Shown here one piece after another: positions 26,040 to 32,859 of a DNA stretch of 50,839 bases. The translations under genes were made by a program, and so were the position numbers. How positions within the stretch are numbered: position 1 is the stretch's first letter; every line of letters starts with the position of its first letter. Origin of the DNA: a virus. Below the pieces are notes generated by a model. That model was not told the DNA's origin and did no database searches. It was given only the letters and a program-made list of their open reading frames with translations. The DNA lies in IMG/VR virus record IMGVR_UViG_3300029858_000017; one strand, given 5' to 3'.

Positions 26040-26103
26040 TGTGTAGCCGCCTCCTTTTCGGTGGTTTATGGGGTGGCCGTTCCTCAAAGGGGGCGGCCGG
26101 TCT

Positions 26104-26478
26104 TTACTCCTCCGGGAATGGGTCGTCGTAGTCTTCATAAGCCTGCGGCGCTGCTTCCCTGCGGGGGCCGCCGAGGAATTGAACGTCGTCCGCGATGCAC
26201 TCGGCGACGGTGCGTTTGTTCCCGTCCTTGTCCTCGTAGCTGCGGTTCTGCCATGTTCCAATGACGGCCGCTTGTCGGCCCTTGGTGAGGTAGCGGGCGC
26301 AGAGGTCGGCGGTGTTCCTCCACGCGATGACGTTTATAAAATCGACGGGCCGGTTGCCGTCTTTGTCCTTGTGGTCTCGCTCGACGGCGAGGGTGAAACT
26401 GCAAGTGGTGACGCCGCTGCGGGTGACGCGGCGTTCCGGGTCTTTCGTGAGATTCCCGATGAGAATGACCTTATTCAT
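26104..26478 (-). CDS. ssb: Single-stranded DNA-binding protein
   Basis: MNKVILIGNLTKDPERRVTRSGVTTCSFTLAV...VIAWRNTADLCARYLTKGRQAAVIG... with acidic tail DDPFPEE. Confidence 0.9.
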   Translation of the reverse strand: MNKVILIGNLTKDPERRVTRSGVTTCSFTLAVERDHKDKDGNRPVDFINVIAWRNTADLCARYLTKGRQAAVIGTWQNRSYEDKDGNKRTVAECIADDVQFLGGPRREAAPQAYEDYDDPFPEE

Positions 26479-26725
26479 GCTTGCGCTCCTTTTCCGTAAG
26501 CTCGGCGAGCCGGGCTCGTACCTGCTTTAGCAAGAAAAGCCTCTTTGAGGCTTGCTTGGTCGCAGCAGGCATTATTCCGGCAAGGTTCGGGGAAATGATG
26601 CCGAGGAGGGCTTGCGAGCCCTCCGGCGGGTGCGCTGCGCGTTCCGTGCTGGCGATTTCTGCGTCGAGGTCTGCCAGCAGCTTGGTGTCGCTGATTTGAC
26701 CTGCGAGATTGATGACGTTCTTCAT
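26471..26725 (-). CDS. Hypothetical protein (84 aa)
   Basis: ATG 26725 with AAAGGAGA upstream; the upstream part of tracked ORF 26471..26959 is discarded. Confidence 0.55.
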   Translation of the reverse strand: MKNVINLAGQISDTKLLADLDAEIASTERAAHPPEGSQALLGIISPNLAGIMPAATKQASKRLFLLKQVRARLAELTEKERKHE

Positions 26726-26736
26726 GGTGTCTCCTT

Positions 26737-27093
26737 TCATCCGACGTATTCTTTCGGCGGGGTCTCGAACTCCTCGCCGATTTTCTTCCAGAGGTGGAGG
26801 CAGTACGGGTGGCGGTTTACGTATTGGCTGCGCGGCGGGTGGTATTCCACGACGCATTCCTCCTCGCCCCAGAAGATGTCTTTTATCATGCACATTTCTT
26901 CCCACGTGGGGCAGCGCCGGGCGAGGCTGACGCTGACGTGTTCCCAGCCGCCTCCCCACGACGCAACGATGACGACGGCTTCCGGCTTGTAGCTCGGGTG
27001 GTTGAGGTGGGCCGCGAAGCCGTCGAGGCCGGTCTGGACAATGCTCAGGCGGTAGTTGGCCTTGATGTCGGAAATTGGTCTCATCGGCTTCAC
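26737..27093 (-). CDS. Conserved hypothetical phage protein
   Basis: 118 aa; ...GGGWEHVSVSLARRCPTWEEMCMIKDIFWGEEECVVEYHPP... motif seen in phage proteins of unknown function. Confidence 0.6.
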   Translation of the reverse strand: MKPMRPISDIKANYRLSIVQTGLDGFAAHLNHPSYKPEAVVIVASWGGGWEHVSVSLARRCPTWEEMCMIKDIFWGEEECVVEYHPPRSQYVNRHPYCLHLWKKIGEEFETPPKEYVG

Positions 27094-27419
27094 TCCTCCC
27101 GTCGCAGAAATCCCATGAGCCGCCCGATGCTGATGCAGCTATCCATGAGGACGTCCAGCCGCATTGCTTTTGTCTCCTCGTCGGAGTTCTTCGCCCGCTG
27201 CGCCATTCCGGCGAGGTCGGCCATGTTCCCGCGTAGATGGACGAGCTCGTTATGCTCGTCGCTGGCCGCTGCCGCAGCTCGGATGGCTTCTGCGAGGTCT
27301 TCGTTGTTGCGGCGGGCCGTGTCGTAGCGTGTGATGCCGGTTTCTTGGTATGCGTTGTAGGCGGTGTCGGCCTTATTCTGGTAGCGCTCCGCGAGCTTGT
27401 AGAGCTTTTCTTTGTCCAT
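27090..27419 (-). CDS. Hypothetical protein (109 aa)
   Basis: ATG 27419 with GAGGTG upstream; the tracked start (27431) is a GTG overlapping the upstream stop. Confidence 0.55.
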   Translation of the reverse strand: MDKEKLYKLAERYQNKADTAYNAYQETGITRYDTARRNNEDLAEAIRAAAAASDEHNELVHLRGNMADLAGMAQRAKNSDEETKAMRLDVLMDSCISIGRLMGFLRREE

Positions 27420-27427
27420 GCTGCACC

Positions 27428-27655
27428 TCACTTCTCGAGAACGTCTCTAAAGGCCCCGGCGATGCACTCTGCCATTCTGGTCGCGGTCTTTGTCTCGCTC
27501 TCTCTCGCGGCTCTTTTGATGGCTTCGCCGATTTCCTCGGGCTCGAGGCCGGTGTTTTCATAGGCTGCGAGGCGCTGTAAGAGGGTTTCCTTCGTGGCTG
27601 CGCTCCAATAGCCGGTCTTGATTCCGTTCACTCTTTCGTGTGTAAGTCGCTTCAT
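27428..27655 (-). CDS. Hypothetical protein (75 aa)
   Basis: ATG 27655 with GAGGAG upstream. Confidence 0.55.
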   Translation of the reverse strand: MKRLTHERVNGIKTGYWSAATKETLLQRLAAYENTGLEPEEIGEAIKRAARESETKTATRMAECIAGAFRDVLEK

Positions 27656-27669
27656 ACTGCGCTCCTCTC

Positions 27670-28206
27670 TCAATCCAGCAGCAGAAGTACGCCGTTCCGT
27701 CCTACGGAGAGGCGGTAGGGTTCGAGTTCCTCTGCGGTTGCGTGCTTGTGTCCAAACAGGGCCTTCATGTCCTTCCATACCTCCCAAGGAACGCGATAAC
27801 AGTCTCCGTGTCCGAGGCCCGCGACGATGAAGCAATCGGCCCCCATGCGCTGGTACTTGTCGAGCTGCTCTGCCTGCTCCCGTGTCACTCGACTTTGGTC
27901 GATGCGGGTGTCGGCCGTGTACTTGGCGTCAAAAAGAACTGTCCGGCCGCCCTTGAGAGTGCCTTTGTAGTCGGCCTGTGCGTGTTTCTCGTAGTAGGCG
28001 ATGAACTTCCCGTTTCCGAGGTCGCGGGTTGGGCGCATGGGCTCCGGCGTCTTCTCGATGGCCGCCTCTCCTTTCTGCTCATAGTAGCGGAGTGCGAGGT
28101 CGATGTAGTCCTCGAAGTGCTTGCCCTGTGCCTTGGAAATAGCCCCTTTGTACTGCTTCACTGGGTCTTTTCGGTGCGTGGTCTGCCGGTATGGCTGTCT
28201 CGCCAT
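27670..28206 (-). CDS. recU: RecU-like Holliday junction resolvase
   Basis: ...GKHFEDYIDLALRYYEQKGEAAIEKTPEP...DYKGTLKGGRTVLFDAKYT...QAEQLDKYQRMGADCFIV... fits the RecU family layout. Confidence 0.65.
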   Translation of the reverse strand: MARQPYRQTTHRKDPVKQYKGAISKAQGKHFEDYIDLALRYYEQKGEAAIEKTPEPMRPTRDLGNGKFIAYYEKHAQADYKGTLKGGRTVLFDAKYTADTRIDQSRVTREQAEQLDKYQRMGADCFIVAGLGHGDCYRVPWEVWKDMKALFGHKHATAEELEPYRLSVGRNGVLLLLD

Positions 28207-28391
28207 GTTCTCCCTCCTTTGTTTGGCTTGTTTGTTGTATCTCCGTATCTCATGGCATTCAGGTGGTCGCGCACGAGCTTGTCGATGACGCGGCCGGGGC
28301 TGCTGTAACCGGCCATTGCCGCGAGGCGGTAGAGGTGGTAATGTGTCTGCGCCGTTACGGTGGTCGTGAGGCGCTTTGTGCCCTTGCTCAT
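28158..28391 (-). CDS. Ribbon-helix-helix-like DNA-binding protein
   Basis: MSKGTKRLTTTVTAQTHYHLYRLAAMAGYSSPGRVIDKLVRDHL; the C-terminus overlaps the recU start by 49 nt. Confidence 0.45.
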   Translation of the reverse strand: MSKGTKRLTTTVTAQTHYHLYRLAAMAGYSSPGRVIDKLVRDHLNAMRYGDTTNKPNKGGRTWRDSHTGRPRTEKTQ

Positions 28392-28558
28392 TGGCGTTGG
28401 CTCCCTTCTCTCCAAAACTCGACGAAGTAAGTGTATTGCTTGCTCGCCCCGCGCTTTTCTCGGCCGTGTCTTACGGTGTAGCCGTTCCGCGCAAGGATGA
28501 CTATGAGCGTGTCGCGGTCTGCCGGTGAGGCGCAGTCGATTTTCTGGCGGTCGTTCAT
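28388..28558 (-). CDS. Hypothetical protein (56 aa)
   Basis: ATG 28558 overlapping the upstream stop (ATGA). Confidence 0.5.
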   Translation of the reverse strand: MNDRQKIDCASPADRDTLIVILARNGYTVRHGREKRGASKQYTYFVEFWREGSQRQ

Positions 28559-29397
28559 CCGTTCAGCCCTCCGTCCATACCGCTCGGGTATTCCCGGATG
28601 AGGTCGTCGCCCCAGACGGCCTTGAGGCTGTCTTTCATGAAGACCGGGACGCCTGTTATGCTGGCGTCGTCCACGATGGCTTGTATCCATTCGCGCTTGG
28701 GCTGCTTCTTTGCGCTGCCGGGGCCGGTCATTGCTCCGATGATTACCCATTCGACCTTTTTCTCGTAGCCCTCGCTGCCGTTGCCGCGCTCTCCGGCGGC
28801 CTCGAAGGGCTCAAGGAGCGGCTCGATGCTGGCGAAGGTATTGTGATGCTTGCTCCACCAGAAAGGCTTATCTGGGCCGGTTGTGGTCGTTCCGTACCAG
28901 AAATTCCGTTCCTCCGGGAGCTTCCCTTTGCTGGCAAGGTCGAGGTATCTGGCCGGGTTCTTAGTGAGAAACAGGTACGTATGCTGCGGTGCCCTTTTGC
29001 AGGCGTCGAAAATCCGCTCTATCCACTCGTCGGGTACCCATGCGCCGAAAAGGTCGCTCATGCTGCACACGAAGATGTTGGACGGCGCCTTGCGCTGCTC
29101 CGGGTATGTGAGGGTGTAGGCGTGTAGCGTCGGTGCAAAGCCTTTCGGGTACGGTGTCGGCCTGCGGTAGCCGCCCTCTTTGGTCTTTAGGCGCGTTGGC
29201 CGTTCCACGACGTAAAGCTCCGGGCCGCCGTCCGCGCTGGGTGCTGTGGTGATTGCCTCGTCCGGCCACTCGTCGATTTTCGGTTCAAACCTGCTGACGA
29301 TGCGCTGGGCGTAGCAGTATTCGCAGCCGTGTCGGCAGCCGGTAACGGGGTTCCATGTGTGGCTGCACCACTCGATTTTTGTCTTGTGGACGTTCAT
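28555..29397 (-). CDS. Phage Gp37/Gp68 family protein (DUF5131)
   Basis: MNVHKTKIEWCSHTWNPVTGCRHGCEYCYAQRI is the family's hallmark N-terminus and includes CX3CX2C. Confidence 0.85.
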   Translation of the reverse strand: MNVHKTKIEWCSHTWNPVTGCRHGCEYCYAQRIVSRFEPKIDEWPDEAITTAPSADGGPELYVVERPTRLKTKEGGYRRPTPYPKGFAPTLHAYTLTYPEQRKAPSNIFVCSMSDLFGAWVPDEWIERIFDACKRAPQHTYLFLTKNPARYLDLASKGKLPEERNFWYGTTTTGPDKPFWWSKHHNTFASIEPLLEPFEAAGERGNGSEGYEKKVEWVIIGAMTGPGSAKKQPKREWIQAIVDDASITGVPVFMKDSLKAVWGDDLIREYPSGMDGGLNG

Positions 29398-29569
29398 GGT
29401 CTATCCTCCTTCGTTCTTTTTCCTGCCTCCCCGACGGGATGGGGCGCGGCCGGGTATCCTCTTGGCCGCACCTGCTCGGGTCGTTCGTGCATGGGTTCCT
29501 GCACTTCCCGCGCTGCTGGCAATCTACGCAGCATCGGCTGTCTCTGGCCCTGTCGCAATAGAAAATCAT
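29285..29569 (-). CDS. Possible small Cys-rich protein (MIFYCDRARDSRCCVDCQQRGKCRNPC...)
   Basis: The only ORF covering the 188-nt gap 29398-29585, but it overlaps the Gp37/Gp68 gene by 113 nt. Confidence 0.25.
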   Translation of the reverse strand: MIFYCDRARDSRCCVDCQQRGKCRNPCTNDPSRCGQEDTRPRPIPSGRQEKERRRIDHERPQDKNRVVQPHMEPRYRLPTRLRILLRPAHRQQV

Positions 29570-29585
29570 GCAGCGCCGAGGTTCT

Positions 29586-30449
29586 TTACTCGTCGTCATC
29601 TTCTACAATGGCTGCGAGGTGTTCGAGCTTGCGCTGTTCTGCTTCGCTGTTGTCTCCGAAGATGACGTCGAGTTGGTTGAGCATGATGCTGACGTCGGCG
29701 CGTTCCTCTTCGACGGATGCGATGATGGCGTCGTAGTCGCCCTGATTGAAGTCCTCGTGACGGACGTACTTGAGCAGGGATTTTGTGAGCTCGCTCATTT
29801 CCTCCACGGCCATGAGGATTTGTGCCCTTTCTCCGAACTTGACGACGGCCGCCTCGTAGAGGGCCATTTCCCGCTGCTCCGGCGTTTGTTCGTCCTCGCC
29901 GCTGTCATCGACAGATACCGAGATTTCAGATTTCAGATACAAAGCCGGGCGCACGCCGTAGTGGCCGTAGTACGCGTTGTTGCCGTTGCTGCTCCCGTCC
30001 GAGCTCACGTAGCGCACGAGGGAATTGTAGTCGTCAAGTCCACTGTATGGGGTGGCTGTCCACCACCATTTTCCGATGGGCGGGAGGATGTCACGGTGCC
30101 TGCGGTAGTCCTCCATCGTTAGCAGGCCTACCTTGACGCTGTCCTTCCCGTACTTTGGGAGGCCGTCGTCCGCTGTGAGGTCGATGACGTACTCGCAGAT
30201 GTTCCCGGCTCCGAGCTCGTCTTCCAGCTTGCGCAGGAACTCGCCGTTGAGGTAGGCGCGAAGGGTGGAAGCTGCGAAATCGCACTTGTTTCCTTCGTCG
30301 AATGCCCTGTTTTCGGTGATGTCGGTGGAAACGACGAAGGTGCGGAGGGGGAGCCCTTGGCTGCTCCTGCTGTGGTCGAGCACCGTCCACTGGATGCCTG
30401 CGCCGTAAAAGGTTTCGCCGCGCTTGAGGTCTTTGAGCTGTTTTTTCAT
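29586..30449 (-). CDS. DGR target protein 2: DUF6273-like variable domain fused to a C-terminal MazG-like (all-alpha NTP pyrophosphohydrolase-like) domain
   Basis: 287 aa. The N-terminal part is paralogous to target 1 (GIQWTVLD...STLRAYLNGEF...VGLLTMEDY...WWWTATPYS...GVRPALYL). It contains VR2. The C-terminus has ...FGERAQILMAVEEMSELTKSLLKYVR...VEEERADVSIMLNQLDVIFG... Confidence 0.85.
   Translation of the reverse strand: MKKQLKDLKRGETFYGAGIQWTVLDHSRSSQGLPLRTFVVSTDITENRAFDEGNKCDFAASTLRAYLNGEFLRKLEDELGAGNICEYVIDLTADDGLPKYGKDSVKVGLLTMEDYRRHRDILPPIGKWWWTATPYSGLDDYNSLVRYVSSDGSSNGNNAYYGHYGVRPALYLKSEISVSVDDSGEDEQTPEQREMALYEAAVVKFGERAQILMAVEEMSELTKSLLKYVRHEDFNQGDYDAIIASVEEERADVSIMLNQLDVIFGDNSEAEQRKLEHLAAIVEDDDE
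29943..30023 (-). repeat. DGR variable repeat 2 (VR2), 81 nt aligned to TR 1917..1997
   Basis: 12 mismatches to TR, all at TR coding-strand adenines. Homology stops abruptly 5' (coding sense) of 30023. Confidence 0.85.
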
Positions 30450-30479
30450 GTGTACGTTCCTTTCTGGCCTGTGGCCCTG

Positions 30480-31100
30480 TTATGCGTTGTAAGGGTCGGT
30501 GTAGCTCCAATCCCATGTTTCGCCGGTCTTTTCGTAGGTGGTGCGGTAGTGGTTATGGGCTCCGTCGCCCTCAAAGAAGAAATAATCTTCCGGGAGTGTG
30601 CGGCCGACGTTGGTCTCGCCGGTCTTCTCGGCCCACCATCGCTGTAAAACGTCATCCGCAAGCTCGATGAGCTCTGCTGTTGCCGGGCTCTCCTCGCTGT
30701 ATGCGAATTGGTGCGGGGCCGTTATGACTTCCTCTATGCTGCTGCCGTAGATGCCTGCGTCGTAGCGGTTCAGAATGCACCAGATGACGGCTGCCTGTTC
30801 GGCCTTGCTCTGAATGCCTCTTGCCTCGGCCCATACAACCTTGGCGCACATGGTTACGGTCTCCTCGGTGTACGGGGGCGCTGCGGCCTGCTCCGGCGTG
30901 TGGAGTTCTTCTTGGTCGCTGTCGCTCTCGGACGGCTCTGTCGCCGCCTCCGGCGCGGCGTCTGTCTGGTAAGCCCTCGTTACCGTCCGGGTCTCGATGC
31001 CCTTTTCCGTGGCCGTGACGGGCTTGAGGGCCCCTCCCGCCGCGAATACGCTTGCTGCGAGTATCAGCAGAAAGATTGCGGCGGTCGTAAATCTATTCAT
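30480..31100 (-). CDS. Secreted cell wall hydrolase, SleB/CwlJ (Hydrolase_2)-like
   Basis: Signal-peptide-like MNRFTTAAIFLLILAASVFAAGG, then ...AKVVWAEARGIQSKAEQAAVIWCILNR...APHQFAY... Confidence 0.75.
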   Translation of the reverse strand: MNRFTTAAIFLLILAASVFAAGGALKPVTATEKGIETRTVTRAYQTDAAPEAATEPSESDSDQEELHTPEQAAAPPYTEETVTMCAKVVWAEARGIQSKAEQAAVIWCILNRYDAGIYGSSIEEVITAPHQFAYSEESPATAELIELADDVLQRWWAEKTGETNVGRTLPEDYFFFEGDGAHNHYRTTYEKTGETWDWSYTDPYNA

Positions 31101-31791
31101 CGTCGTTTGTCTCCTCTCTGGCCTCAAGGGCCTTTGTCTGCGCCTTCTCGAGCCGGTCGGAAAGGGAATCGAGGCTGTATCTGCCGTTGTAGTAGTTCTG
31201 CTGCTCCTGCCATTGGCGGTTTACTCCCTCAATGAGGCGTCGGCTGCCGTCGCTCTGCGCGGCGCTGACAGCTTCGATTCTTTCTCGGAGGGCGGGCGGC
31301 AGCATCGCCTGTTTCCGCTGCCGCTCGACCTTCTCCTCGTAGGCTTGCAGAAATGCAACGCGGTCGAGGCCCGCCTTTGAGGCGCTCCCTCTGGCGTATG
31401 CGACGTGCATCGCGTAAAGCTGCCCGTATCCGATGGCGTCAATGGTCTCCGCGATGGCTGCCGGAAGCTCGCGGTGGTAGTCCCTGTGGCAATACTCTCC
31501 GGCGACGGAAAGGTACTTCGCCACGACGGCCCATGCCTCGTCGGGCGGTATGATGTCCGGGTGCTGTATGCGCGTCATAAGCTCCCGTATCTCTGCGATG
31601 GAGGGCGGCCATTTCGACGTGCTGATGTGCTGCTTAACGGCCAGCCCTACGAGGCCCGCGTTGTCCTCGCTGAAAATGTCGGCCCAGACAGCTACCATGC
31701 TGCGGATGTGGTTCTCGTCCTTGAACTTGTCGAAGTTCGGGTAGGCCATTGTTATAATGCCTATGAGCTTGATGGTCTCCTTTTGGGTCAC
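31093..31791 (-). CDS. Helicase loader-like protein (G39P-like N-terminal domain)
   Basis: ...MAYPNFDKFKDENHIRSMVAVWADIFSEDNAGLVGLAVKQHISTSKWPPSIAEI... GTG 31791 overlaps the upstream stop (GTGA); ATG 31749 is an alternative. Confidence 0.5.
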   Translation of the reverse strand: MTQKETIKLIGIITMAYPNFDKFKDENHIRSMVAVWADIFSEDNAGLVGLAVKQHISTSKWPPSIAEIRELMTRIQHPDIIPPDEAWAVVAKYLSVAGEYCHRDYHRELPAAIAETIDAIGYGQLYAMHVAYARGSASKAGLDRVAFLQAYEEKVERQRKQAMLPPALRERIEAVSAAQSDGSRRLIEGVNRQWQEQQNYYNGRYSLDSLSDRLEKAQTKALEAREETNDDE

Positions 31792-32813
31792 CAGTCGTCG
31801 CCTCCTTCCTCGTCTAACATCTTCCCGAGAACCTCGAGGGTGTTCGGTTTCCCTCCGGCCCTTGGCCGGGCCTGCGGTGCTACCTCCTCCGGGCCGCTGT
31901 ACTGGTTCTCCCATTCGCGGCCGTTGAGCCACGTTGCCGGGTGCGGGGTGTATCGTATCTCGCGGAAACGGCTGTCGAATGCCTTTGCGGTTTCTACGGC
32001 GTTAATAATCCGCTCCGCGAGTTCCTCGTCCGGCTCTATCTTGGCCCACGCCTTTTCTGCGTCTCCTATGCTGACCTTTCGGGGGTACACGGCCCAAAAG
32101 GCATTGAAGCGTGTTTCCTGCGTTTTTGTCAGCGTAGAAGGCTTTCGCCTGCGCGGCTTTGGCGCTGCGTCCTCGAGAAAATCAGGTTCAGCGTTGCCGG
32201 TGCCGTCGGGCTCCGGCTCGGCCGCTCCCCCAATGGGGGGTAAGGGGGGTATATCTTCTTCCTGTTTACTGTTACTGCTTACTGTATACTGTTTACTGTT
32301 TACTGGTTGCTGTAAGGGTTTCGGAAGGGTTTCCGAAAGGGTTTCGGAAGGGTTTCCGCAACCGTTCCGAAAGGGTTTCCGAAACAGTTTCGGTAAGGCT
32401 TCCAGCAAGGGTTTCAAATACGGCTTCCCGGCCTCGTTTGCGAGCCCTTCGAGGTGTGCGTAGACCGTGTGAAAGAGGTCGCTACGGGGCAGGCCCTCGA
32501 GCTTTGTAAGCGCTCCTTTTACTTGGTTCGGGTTCTCGATGGGGTTATAGCGCAGAAAATTCTTGAGAAGAATCATTCGCGTGTCTTCCTCGTAGATGAC
32601 TATTCCGCTTCCGAAAAGCTCTCGCCATGCGTGTGAAAACCGTTTTTCCGGGAGTTTCGTGTCTTCGAGGGCGTATGCCTTTGGTAGCTGGTAGCATCCG
32701 AGTACGTTCCTGTGCTTGGTCGTGAGTAGGTAAATCAAGAGGTATCGGGCGTCCGGCGACAGCGTGAGGACTTTCTCATCGTCCCAGAAACGGGCGTCTA
32801 TTTTGGAATACAA
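31788..32813 (-). CDS. Replisome organizer / replication initiator (DnaD-like phage family)
   Basis: MYSKIDARFWDDEKVLTLSPDARYLLIYLLTTKHRNVLGCYQLP... is the typical phage replisome-organizer N-terminus. The central linker carries DNA iterons. Confidence 0.65.
   Translation of the reverse strand: MYSKIDARFWDDEKVLTLSPDARYLLIYLLTTKHRNVLGCYQLPKAYALEDTKLPEKRFSHAWRELFGSGIVIYEEDTRMILLKNFLRYNPIENPNQVKGALTKLEGLPRSDLFHTVYAHLEGLANEAGKPYLKPLLEALPKLFRKPFRNGCGNPSETLSETLPKPLQQPVNSKQYTVSSNSKQEEDIPPLPPIGGAAEPEPDGTGNAEPDFLEDAAPKPRRRKPSTLTKTQETRFNAFWAVYPRKVSIGDAEKAWAKIEPDEELAERIINAVETAKAFDSRFREIRYTPHPATWLNGREWENQYSGPEEVAPQARPRAGGKPNTLEVLGKMLDEEGGDDW
32265..32313. repeat. Seven tandem heptamers (T/A)T(A/G)CTGN (consensus TTACTGT)
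   Basis: tttactg ttactgc ttactgt atactgt ttactgt ttactgg ttgctgt read directly. Confidence 0.85.
32314..32418. repeat. About nine 11-12-bp iterons AAGGGTTTC(C/G)G(A); candidate origin of replication inside the organizer gene
   Basis: aagggtttcgg aagggtttccga aagggtttcgg aagggtttccgc aaccgttccga aagggtttccga aacagtttcggt aaggcttcc...aagggtttcaaa. The units are read in different codon phases. Confidence 0.7.
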
Positions 32814-32859
32814 TGCGGTTTCACCTCCTCCTATCGGATGGAGGGGAGGCGGGCCTCCC

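Noticed and set aside
26040-26103. A weak hairpin (GGCCG...CGGCC) between ssb and the late regulator as a terminator
   Set aside because: It has only a 5-bp stem, a 14-nt loop and no U-tract.
32265-32418. Tandem short repeats as a CRISPR array
   Set aside because: The units are 7 and 11-12 bp with no spacers. They lie inside a coding gene and fit iterons instead.
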